DNA of 64,000 nt from Candidatus Hadarchaeota archaeon (GTDB taxonomy: Archaea; Hadarchaeota; Hadarchaeia; Hadarchaeales; JAGGTB01). Shown in pieces: positions 9,160-16,607 of this stretch (position 1 is the first letter of the stretch; every line of letters starts with the position of its first letter). The notes under the pieces are model-generated. The model saw only the letters and a list, made by a program, of their open reading frames with translations. It searched no databases and was not told the DNA's origin. Where the stretch lies: contig CAYNPN010000004.1 of assembly GCA_964399085.1 (NCBI GenBank), positions 15,680 through 79,679 of the forward strand, in the 5' to 3' direction. The position numbers and the translations under genes are program-made.

Positions 9160-10077
9160 CTAATCGGAGAGCTCCAACATCCTTTCCGTGGCCTTTTTCG
9201 CCCCCACGGCGATATCCGAGGGGACCTCCACCTCGAATTTTTCGTCTCGTAGGGATTCGTACACCCTCCTGAGGTCGTGCTTTTTCATTTCCTCGCACAC
9301 GGCTTCCTCGAGGAGCGGCAAGAATTCCTTCTCCGGAATTTCCCTCCTTAGCCTATGTACCAAACCTACCTCCGTCCCGATGATAAATTTCCCCGAGCCC
9401 GATTCCTTGGCCCGATCGAGCATCTGACTCGTGCTGCAGATATGATCGGCCAGCTTCTGGACTTCGGGATCCGATTCCGGATGAATCAAAACTTCGGCGC
9501 CCGGATTTTCTTCCTTGAGCGATTCCACATGTTCGGGTTTAAACTTTCTGTGCACGTAGCAGTGCCCCTCCTCGGGAATGACTACTATTTCCTTGTCGGT
9601 GTTCTGCTCCACGTGCCATGCCAGGTTCTGGTCCGGGCCGAACAGGATCTTGTCTTCCTCGAGCGAGTTCACGATCTGAACGGAATTTGCCGAGGTGCAG
9701 GTTACATCGGCCTCGGCCCTGGCCTCGGCCAAGGTGTTAACATAAAGCACGACCGCAGCGTCCGGATGCTCCTCCTTCATCTTCTTCACCTTTTCCACGG
9801 GTAGCATGGAGGCCATCTTGCATCGGGCATCCTTGTCAGGTATCAGAACCTTTTTGTCAGGATTTAATATCGAGGCAGTCTCCGCCATGAAATCGACCCC
9901 TGCGAATACCACGATGTCGGCGTCCGTCTCGGATGACTCTCTGGCCAGCCCCAGGGAATCGCCCAGATAGTCGGCGGCGAGTTGAACGGGTTCTATCTGG
10001 TAGTTGTGGGCCAAAAGCACTCCATTTTTCTCCTTCTTTAGCTCGGATATCTTTTCGGTCAGTTTATCTTGGTTCAA
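9160..10077 (-). CDS. nadA: Quinolinate synthase A
   Basis: 305 aa with the conserved NadA regions (VLLAHNYQ, ILFGPDQNLA, three-fold repeat architecture with Cys residues). Confidence 0.9.
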   Translation of the reverse strand: MNQDKLTEKISELKKEKNGVLLAHNYQIEPVQLAADYLGDSLGLARESSETDADIVVFAGVDFMAETASILNPDKKVLIPDKDARCKMASMLPVEKVKKMKEEHPDAAVVLYVNTLAEARAEADVTCTSANSVQIVNSLEEDKILFGPDQNLAWHVEQNTDKEIVVIPEEGHCYVHRKFKPEHVESLKEENPGAEVLIHPESDPEVQKLADHICSTSQMLDRAKESGSGKFIIGTEVGLVHRLRREIPEKEFLPLLEEAVCEEMKKHDLRRVYESLRDEKFEVEVPSDIAVGAKKATERMLELSD

Positions 10078-10160
10078 CCGAATTCCTCAACGGTTTTTAG
10101 AGATTACATTTATTAATCGTTTCGAACTACTCGTATACTTTTACCATTCAAATTTCGAAA

Positions 10161-11003
10161 TTAGGCCCCAATCTGGATCGATTCGGTAATATTTCTAAGT
10201 GTTCTGATCGCCGAAAGGGCTGCCAGATAGCTGGTCTTGGGGTTTTCGGGGGATGGGAAGTTATGAGCCGTCGTCTTCAATTCTCCGGCTTCTCCCCTCA
10301 CTTCGATTTCGTGGACATTCTGACCCAAGGATGGATCGGCTATTATCTTGACCTTCGTCTTTTCGAATCCCGCCCCCGCGATGCTCAACGAGGCCGCAAC
10401 GTTCAGGCTTTTTGGGAAGGCTTTAACCGCTTCACTTGCCGCCCCTTCGAAGACGACCTTGGGTTCCTCCAGATCCGACAGGCCGATTTCCTCCTCCCTC
10501 ACGAATTTTGCCTTGGAGAGAGTTTCGGGAGGTTTTCTGGTAGTTATGGAAGCCTCATCCAGACTTGCGATTCCGGCGGCCTGAACCCCGTCGAGACCGA
10601 GAATTGCTCCCGACGGAAGATAGACTTTACATCCCTTTTCTTCGGCCTTTTCTTGGACACTTTTGAAGAGGTCTTCGTCGGAAAAGGCGCCTATGCTCAA
10701 AACCAGCAAATCCTTCCCCGATTTCAGAATGTCAAGCGCGTATTCGGCGACAGCCTGCTGTGAGGCCGCCTCCACCACCAAATCTATTTCATCGTCTTCT
10801 AGAATATCCCTCGTTTCCCCGGCAATTTTCGGCTGGATTTTCAAACCTTCGGCGAGTTCCTCGCACCGACTTCGGTCGTTATCGAAGACCGCCTCCAATC
10901 TTGTTTTTCCGGCCCGACCCGAATCTATTGAATTAGCTATGATATTACCTATAGCTCCACAACCTAGGATCGCGACTCTACACGAGGACATAAATAACAC
11001 CAA
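10161..11003 (-). CDS. nadX: L-aspartate dehydrogenase (NadX type)
   Basis: N-terminal Rossmann motif RVAILGCGAIG and a C-terminal aspartate-dehydrogenase domain (HNFPSPENPKTS). Forms a nadX-nadA-nadC operon. The real start is probably the Met of MSSCRVAIL. Confidence 0.8.
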   Translation of the reverse strand: MVLFMSSCRVAILGCGAIGNIIANSIDSGRAGKTRLEAVFDNDRSRCEELAEGLKIQPKIAGETRDILEDDEIDLVVEAASQQAVAEYALDILKSGKDLLVLSIGAFSDEDLFKSVQEKAEEKGCKVYLPSGAILGLDGVQAAGIASLDEASITTRKPPETLSKAKFVREEEIGLSDLEEPKVVFEGAASEAVKAFPKSLNVAASLSIAGAGFEKTKVKIIADPSLGQNVHEIEVRGEAGELKTTAHNFPSPENPKTSYLAALSAIRTLRNITESIQIGA

Positions 11004-11179
11004 TAGTCTTGTCCTTAAGTTCTCTGCGAACCTTAAAGTTCTACTGAATGGTGGGTCTTGCCAAAGAGGTCAGGAGAGTAATTTTGGAATAAACCCTTTT
11101 CTCGGAATAGAATCCCCCGTTCCGGACCCGAACCTTTTATTAAGCCCGAACCTACCAAGGGTAGGGAAGGGGGATTGAT

Positions 11180-11434
11180 TTGAACTGGAGTAAAAGTGAA
11201 GTAAGCTCGATAAAAATAGAACTCTCCAGAGGTCATTATAAGATGATAGAGAGGCTCAGCAATAGGATTGGAGTGGACAAGGAGAGTATCAGAGAAAAGA
11301 TAGAGGAAATTAAGCTTAAGGAGAGAATTAAGAGACTTGCGAGAGGGGCAAAAAGGAACCTCAAAAAACATCGGGGAAGAAGAATCAGAGAACGAGCATC
11401 GGATATCAAGGAACTATTGCACTATCGATCGTAA
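11180..11434 (+). CDS. Hypothetical small basic protein, possible ribbon-helix-helix DNA-binding protein
   Basis: 84 aa, K/R-rich. The N-terminal beta-strand plus helix pattern (IKIELSRGHYKMIERLS) resembles an RHH fold. Confidence 0.35.
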   Translation: MNWSKSEVSSIKIELSRGHYKMIERLSNRIGVDKESIREKIEEIKLKERIKRLARGAKRNLKKHRGRRIRERASDIKELLHYRS

Positions 11435-11532
11435 CTTTTTATTATTTAAACTAGCAGAAAGCGAAATTCCGCCGAAAATGCGATTGAAGGGTAGTTGATT
11501 CTCTTATTCAATTCTTTTTGTAGAATGGTTGT

Positions 11533-11577
11533 GGTGGGGCCGCCCGGATTTGAACCGGGGTCACTGGCTCCCAAAGA
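11533..11577 (-). repeat. Partial 3-prime-half copy of the tRNA-Pro gene (att site, far end of the integrated element)
   Basis: About 44 nt identical, with 1 mismatch, to the 3-prime half of the intact tRNA-Pro at 16058-16101 (ggtggggccgcccggatttgaaccggggtcactggc...cccaaag). There is no 5-prime tRNA half beside it. Confidence 0.8.
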
Positions 11578-11666
11578 ACTTTTTTCGGAAAAAGTTCGCA
11601 AAAAAGCATACTTTCCAATTTCAGGTATTTTGGACGTAGATTTAGGATTGAAGGAGAAAAATATAT

Positions 11667-12403
11667 ATGCATATGATAAACGTCAAAAAATTCTTGGAAA
11701 ATGTCGAGATTAATGAGATTAGCAAAGGTAAGGCACGAAAATACCTGAAGGATAGAAAGAAGATTCTCTCAATACTTATGCCAATAGACTCAAGACCCTG
11801 AGGAGGTTCTTCAGGGATTATCTCGGAGCTTCGGAATTGATAGAGAGTTTTAAGTTCCCACATATCCCCAGGAAGAACTACACAGTCCCAAGCAAGGAAA
11901 AGCTCAAGAAGTTTTACGATGAAATCTTAACCCAAAAGTACCGAGCAATGTTCTTGATTTTCGCAACCCCAGGGCTCAGGACCTCGGAGGTATTGAACTT
12001 GGAGATGGATAACTTGGACCTTGAAAAGAGAATGATTATTCCGAATCACGACAGCCGGACCAAACAAAGCTACGTTTCCTTCTACAATGCTGAAGCCGAA
12101 AGGGAACTCAAAAAATACCTACCAAGACGAGACGGGAACGATGAGACCGTCTTTCAAGTCTCGAAGAGCAACGCCCTAAAATCGTTTAGGAAAACTTCGG
12201 ACAGGTCCGTGATTAAGATAACTCCAAAAGACTTGAGTAAATGGTTCTGCAGCGAAATGGGAAAGTTGGGTGTAGGGGACCGATACGTGGACGCATACTG
12301 TGGAAGAGTTCCCCAGTCAGTTCTCGGAAAGCATTATACCGATTTCCCTCCTGAAAGACTCAAAGAAGTCTACGAGAAAGCGGATTTGAAAGTCTTGAAA
12401 TGA
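11667..12403 (+). pseudogene. Tyrosine recombinase/integrase (XerC/D-like, small archaeal type), reading frame interrupted by a single frameshift near 11770
   Basis: An ATG at 11667 with an AAGGAG RBS opens a frame (MHMINVKKFLENVEINEISKGKARKYLKDRKKILS...) that stops at about 11799. The -1 frame from about 11756 continues as NTYANRLKTLRRFFRDYLGASELIESFKF into the listed ORF 11837-12403. That ORF carries the catalytic domain with R (GLRTSE), HxxR (NHDSR) and the GKHY tyrosine region. Confidence 0.65.
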
Positions 12404-12512
12404 TTCCTTGTGAATTGGGGACTACATTAGCTAGCTTACTTCCGATTACCAAACCACAAGCTTCACCAGTTTCGAGTGATAAAAGTTAATTGAAAATAGG
12501 AGAATAGGTGTG

Positions 12513-12653
12513 ATGATGGGAATGGAGAAAGAAGTCAAGGTGTCGGAGGATTTGAAAGATCCTGAGTTCAAACCTTCGGACTGCAAGTCCACCAAACACA
12601 ATGTTGGAACTCTCGAGGAGAATATAGACGAAGTCGGAGATATTAACCCTTAA
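12513..12653 (+). CDS. Small hypothetical protein (46 aa), first cassette-like ORF of the island
   Basis: ATGATG start preceded by GGAGAATAGGTG. Open frame MMGMEKEVKVSEDLKDPEFKPSDCKSTKHNVGTLEENIDEVGDINP. It is below the ORF-track threshold, and its stop abuts repeat copy A. Confidence 0.3.
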   Translation: MMGMEKEVKVSEDLKDPEFKPSDCKSTKHNVGTLEENIDEVGDINP

Positions 12654-12788
12654 TCTTGCTCAATCCGGTTTTTTCCGAGTAAGATAGGCTAATTAGAAAG
12701 CCAATACCGAAAAATTGAGCTAGTCCAAGTGCTCTGCCCACTTCACCCTTTGCAGAACCCTTTCGTAGACGACCTCAACGGAGGCTTG
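12647..12788 (+). repeat. 142-bp paralogous noncoding element, copy A
   Basis: Shares conserved ends with copy B (5-prime cttgct..ttttt(c)tccgagtaag(a/g)ta(g/a)gc, 3-prime ccctttcgtagacga(c/t)ctcaacggaggcttg) around a divergent core. Identical length to copy B. Confidence 0.6.
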
Positions 12789-13501
12789 ATGTTCTAGTAT
12801 TTCCCGCTCGATCTAGAACTCTTCGAAAGGTTGCCTTGGCTCAGAGAAGAGTTCTTCCATCTCTTACGTTTTGCTAATTTTATCCATTATCCTGTTGGGG
12901 GGAGTTTCTTTATAAAGAGAAAATTAGAACTCGTCAAGCTTTTGCTGAGCTTCCTCGTAAGGATTAATTAAAATCAAGACCATAATTAGATAGAATCAAT
13001 TAAGTTGGGAAAATTCAGGAGGGTAGAGAAACAAAAATTCTCCTTTTCCAATTCGAATGTCAATACTATTACAAGAGTGCTTATTTACTAGCCTCCTTCA
13101 TTTTAACTAAGATAGGAGATGAGAAAAAATCATATTTGGAGACGAGAGTATTGAAGACAGGCTTGGGGATATAGAAATTAATGCGTCTGATGAGAAGATG
13201 ACCGCCCTTGAATTGCTCGAAAACCTTGAAGACGAAGAAATTCGGAAGATACTCAGCGATGCCTTAAAAATATGGAGACAAGGGAACGAGAAAAAGACAG
13301 GTTGAGAGAACAAATGTCTAACAAAAACCAGAACATTCGTCCTTTTGTTCAATGAATAAATCTTTCTTCCAACTGGGCCGATATGCTCTTCACCGTGCTA
13401 TCCTCTTCCGGCGGTCCGGCTTCCAAACAGATAACTTTTTTCTAGAGAACGTTGATGTTTTTCTAGGAAGGAAGTGTAAATAATCAAAGTGGAGAGATAA
13501 T

Positions 13502-13771
13502 TTGAGTTATAAATTACCCGGGGCGTTGGTACTTATTAAAAACGAGCCTGGAAAAGGATTGGATGTTTTCAAAAGTATAGGGGATATTGAGAGTGTTGAA
13601 GAGGTGCAAGTGATAACAGGGGACTACGACATAATGGCAATATTGAGATGTGAAGACCTATATGATAGTTTAGGATCGATAATTAGAGAAATTAGAAATA
13701 TAGACGGAGTCACATATACAAAATCCCATAATTTTGTTTCCCTCCGAAAAATCAGAAGAGAGCATCTCTGA
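13502..13771 (+). CDS. Stand-alone Lrp/AsnC C-terminal ligand-binding (RAM) domain protein
   Basis: 89 aa with the RAM-domain pattern (LVLIKNEPGKGLDVFKSIGDIESVEEVQVITGDYDIMAILR) and a TTG start. Island cargo. Confidence 0.6.
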   Translation: MSYKLPGALVLIKNEPGKGLDVFKSIGDIESVEEVQVITGDYDIMAILRCEDLYDSLGSIIREIRNIDGVTYTKSHNFVSLRKIRREHL

Positions 13772-13802
13772 ATTGGAAACTACATAGGACCAGTCAAATA
13801 AC

Positions 13803-13988
13803 CCCGATTAGACACTTTCACTTAAAAACCTACTTATAAGTAAAACCCCTAACTCTTGCTAGATTGAGTTTTTCTCCGAGTAAGGTAAGCCAGCTAGAAA
13901 AGCTACTAAAGTTTGATCTAATTCAAACTCTCAGTCCACTCTACACTCTGAAGTACCCCTTTCGTAGACGATCTCAACGGAGGCTTGC
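13803..13988 (+). repeat. Paralogous noncoding element, copy B (142-bp core 13847-13988 plus a shared upstream promoter-like segment)
   Basis: The core aligns with copy A. The upstream 45 bp (ccccgattagac...cacttataagtaaaa) is shared with copy C and contains a TATA-box-like TTATAAGTAAA. Confidence 0.6.
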
Positions 13989-14138
13989 TGGCTAGGGCAT
14001 ATATATTTCTTGGATCTGAACAGGAATGGTAGTGCGAAGGGAGCGATTTGAGCCCTCGAACCTCTACAAGATAGCACCTTGAACGAGGGCTTACAGAGAA
14101 AAATTCAAAACTGCTTTTCCTTAATTTATTAAACTGAG

Positions 14139-14744
14139 ATGTATATGCAAGAAAAATATCTAAGCCCTACACAGGTAATTGATTGTGACTCAAAAAGTGT
14201 TAGAAAAAAAGCTAATGACCTTACGAAACAAATCGAAGATCCCTTAGAGATGGCAATAGAACTTTTCTATTTTGTGAGAGACGAAATAAAGTATAATCTT
14301 TATGTTCCCTCTGATACCTTAGAGGTTCACAAAGCAAGCAGAACCTTGGAGAGAGGAAAAGGATACTGTGTTCAAAAAGCTATTCTGCTCGCAGCTCTAT
14401 CAAGAGCTGTTGACATTCCAGCCCGTCTGAGATTCGCTGCTATTCGTAACCATATCCTGCCAGAAAAATTGAAGAAACGGATAGGAACAAACCTCTTTCC
14501 ATACCATGGATATGACGAACTATACTTACAAGATAAATGGGTTCAAGCCACCCCTGCCTTTGACCTCGAAATGTGTGAGGAAAACCAGATAAAACCAGTA
14601 GAATTTGATGGAAAAAATCATGCTAAATTTCATTCACAAAACAAAAACGGAGAACTGCATATAGAATATGTCCAAGACCATGGAACTTACGCCGACCTAC
14701 CGTTCGAAAAAATGATGGAAGCACGAAAAGAAATTCTACTGTGA
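14139..14744 (+). CDS. Transglutaminase-like superfamily protein (cysteine-protease fold)
   Basis: Cys (GKGYCVQKA), His (FPYHGYD) and Asp (QATPAFD) in the transglutaminase-core arrangement. Confidence 0.7.
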   Translation: MYMQEKYLSPTQVIDCDSKSVRKKANDLTKQIEDPLEMAIELFYFVRDEIKYNLYVPSDTLEVHKASRTLERGKGYCVQKAILLAALSRAVDIPARLRFAAIRNHILPEKLKKRIGTNLFPYHGYDELYLQDKWVQATPAFDLEMCEENQIKPVEFDGKNHAKFHSQNKNGELHIEYVQDHGTYADLPFEKMMEARKEILL

Positions 14745-14912
14745 AGATAGTGTAAAACGAATAGATCAATGGAAGAATACGAATCTTCAGGGAGAGAAGC
14801 ACTAATTAAATGACTGTAACTTTTGACCTAATCTTTTAAATGCCAATTGGATACTACTAGCTTGTGGAAATTTTATTACAAAGTAGGCCACCGGCCAAGG
14901 ACCGCCAAAATT

Positions 14913-15085
14913 CCCCGATTAGACCTTGTTCACTTATAAATAAGCCCCCTATCCTTTGCTCGATTGCGATTTTTTTCCCGAGTAAGGTAAGCCAATCAAG
15001 GGGAGCTAATACAAAAAAATTAGGCTAATCCAGATGCTCGGCCCCTCTATCCCCTTCGGTGAGTCCCTCGGGGGATGCACAATAC
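14913..15085 (+). repeat. Paralogous noncoding element, copy C (more diverged, 3-prime end uncertain)
   Basis: Shares ccccgattagac...cacttataaataag (TATA-like) and cctatcctttgctcgattg...tttttttcccgagtaaggtaagcca with copy B. The 3-prime half has diverged. Confidence 0.5.
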
Positions 15086-15160
15086 GGTTCAACAAGATGA
15101 AGTAGAAATCTAACAGGTTTTCTTAACGTAAAAGCGAGTTTGAAAAATTTGAATCAATCT

Positions 15161-15511
15161 TCATGCTTTCTTTAACCTCACATCGAACCTAGCTCCACCA
15201 GATTCGGAATCCTTAACCTCTATTTTACCACCATAACTCTCTACGATCCTTTTTACGAGATACAGCCCCAATCCGAAACCGGATTCATCACCTTCCTTGA
15301 ACCCCCTATCAAGTATCTTCTCCTTCCTCTCATCGGGAATCCCCTTGCCATCGTCAACTACGCTAATGACACACTTTCCACCTTCATCCCCCGTCATTAT
15401 TTGAATTCTGTCACACTCGGAATTTCTGGTAGAATTTTCTATTAAATTCGAAAAAAGTTCCTCAAGCGAAAGCATTTCTAGCTTTAATCCAAATGGGCAC
15501 AAGCAAGGCAA
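15161..15511 (-). pseudogene. Histidine-kinase fragment: HATPase_c catalytic domain only, no DHp/HisKA or sensor domain
   Basis: N box NLIENS, G1 DDGKGIP and G2 GFGLGLYLV are present, but the ORF is only 116 aa. Nothing upstream encodes the phospho-acceptor His domain. Confidence 0.55.
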
Positions 15512-15801
15512 CAGACATTAGCGATCGTTCGGGAGTGCCACAAGCGAGGATTTACGACATCTTGAATTAGTTGGAGAAAAAGAGATGGATTAAAATGATT
15601 CTAGGCCGACCTAAGGGCTACGAGGCTAAGAAGCCGAAAGAGATCATGGAAAAGAAACTTAGAGAGTTCGAAGAGCTTAGGGAAGAGATACAATCAAAGT
15701 TGGAATCTCTTTATGAAACTGGTTGGGAATTGAAGGGGGATTTTCAAAAAACCCAAATTTCCGGCTTTCGATGGGAGGTCCAGAATGTGGAGAAGTCCTA
15801 G
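15493..15801 (+). pseudogene. TrmB-family transcriptional regulator remnant, N-terminally truncated and frameshifted
   Basis: 15493-15567 encodes MGTSKATDISDRSGVPQARIYDILN then a stop, matching the TrmB HTH recognition helix. The next frame (listed ORF 15571-15801) continues LEKKRWIKMILGRPKGYEAKKPKEIMEKKL, matching the TrmB wing and the region after it. Confidence 0.55.
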
Positions 15802-15878
15802 AAGCGGCTTCACGGGATGGGCTATTAGAAAAGGCCGAAAAACATGGAAATATCCAACACCGCTAGGAGTGTACACAC

Positions 15879-16190
15879 ATGTGCGCACAGAGAGATAAGG
15901 AGAGGGTAAACGTGAACCTCTCGAAAGGGCTTAAGGAGAAAGCCAAAGCCGAAGGCATCAACCTCTCAAAGACCCTGGAAAAATCGTTAAAAGCTAAATT
16001 AGACCCGGAAAACGCCTCTAGCTTTTCCCGACTTTTTGCGTCTGAAAAGTCGAAAGAGGTGGGGCCGCCCGGATTTGAACCGGGGTCACTGGCACCCAAA
16101 GCCAGAAGGCTAGGCCTGCCTACCCCACGGCCCCTTACCAACAAACAATACTTACCTCTAACTCAAAAGCTGTTCGGAATGGTGAGCTGA
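15879..16190 (+). CDS. Ribbon-helix-helix (CopG-like) protein. The ORF runs on through the antisense of tRNA-Pro, so the true C-terminus is uncertain
   Basis: RVNVNLSKGLKEKAKAEGINLSKTLEKSLKAKL is a classic RHH beta-alpha-alpha pattern. The read-through across 16058-16134 simply reflects the absence of a stop opposite the tRNA. Confidence 0.4.
   Translation: MCAQRDKERVNVNLSKGLKEKAKAEGINLSKTLEKSLKAKLDPENASSFSRLFASEKSKEVGPPGFEPGSLAPKARRLGLPTPRPLTNKQYLPLTQKLFGMVS
16060..16134 (-). tRNA. tRNA-Pro (anticodon TGG), integration target
   Basis: Acceptor GGGGCCG/CGGCCCC with discriminator A and CC encoded. Anticodon arm CTGGC-TTTGGGT-GCCAG. T-arm CCCGG-TTCAAAT-CCGGG. Its 3-prime half is duplicated at 11533-11577. 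Confidence 0.75.
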
Positions 16191-16212
16191 AAGAGAAGCA
16201 GAATTTAAACTC

Positions 16213-16524
16213 TTAGGGAGTTCTCCGGACCTTGACTAGGTCCCCCGATTGGTCTTCCTCTTCGAAACCATGTCGTTGATACCAGTTTACCCTGGCGTCG
16301 AATATCCAGGCGACGATTTCCGAATTATCATAGTCGGCCAAAATCTGGTTTAGGAGCTTGGATCCGATCCCCCTATCCCGACGGTTGCGCTGTACGTTGA
16401 TGTTTTCGAGCAGAATGGGCCGGGAGGAATCTTCCAAGGTAGCCCCGCCGATGATCCTGCTCTCGTAATCGTTCCAGACCTTGTATTTGCATTTGTCCTC
16501 GAGATTTTCCCTGTTTATTTTCAT
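16213..16524 (-). CDS. GNAT-family N-acetyltransferase (small)
   Basis: Motif A RNRRDRGIGSKLL (R/Q-x-x-G-x-G/A), followed by an acetyl-CoA-binding segment. Confidence 0.65.
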   Translation of the reverse strand: MKINRENLEDKCKYKVWNDYESRIIGGATLEDSSRPILLENINVQRNRRDRGIGSKLLNQILADYDNSEIVAWIFDARVNWYQRHGFEEEDQSGDLVKVRRTP

Positions 16525-16607
16525 GGAAACCTTTGAGAAAGTAATTAGTGCCCTTTAAAAGTTTGAGGGATTCGATCCACCGGAAGATGTAAAGCAGGCC
16601 GGGATTT

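Noticed and set aside
13107-13352. 81-aa minus-strand ORF in the island between the integrase and the RAM-domain gene
   Set aside because: Ser-rich low-complexity peptide with no start context. The region is more likely noncoding or degraded.
11495-16190. SSV-type split integrase. The ORFs 11495-11713 and 15879-16190 both translate ...GPPGFEPGSLAPK... across the att/tRNA sequence, which suggested an int gene partitioned into intN and intC by integration.
   Set aside because: The shared peptide is just the identical 44-nt tRNA repeat read in an open antisense frame. A complete integrase, apart from one frameshift, with its own RBS and ATG lies wholly downstream of the att copy (11667-12403). 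No partition is needed.
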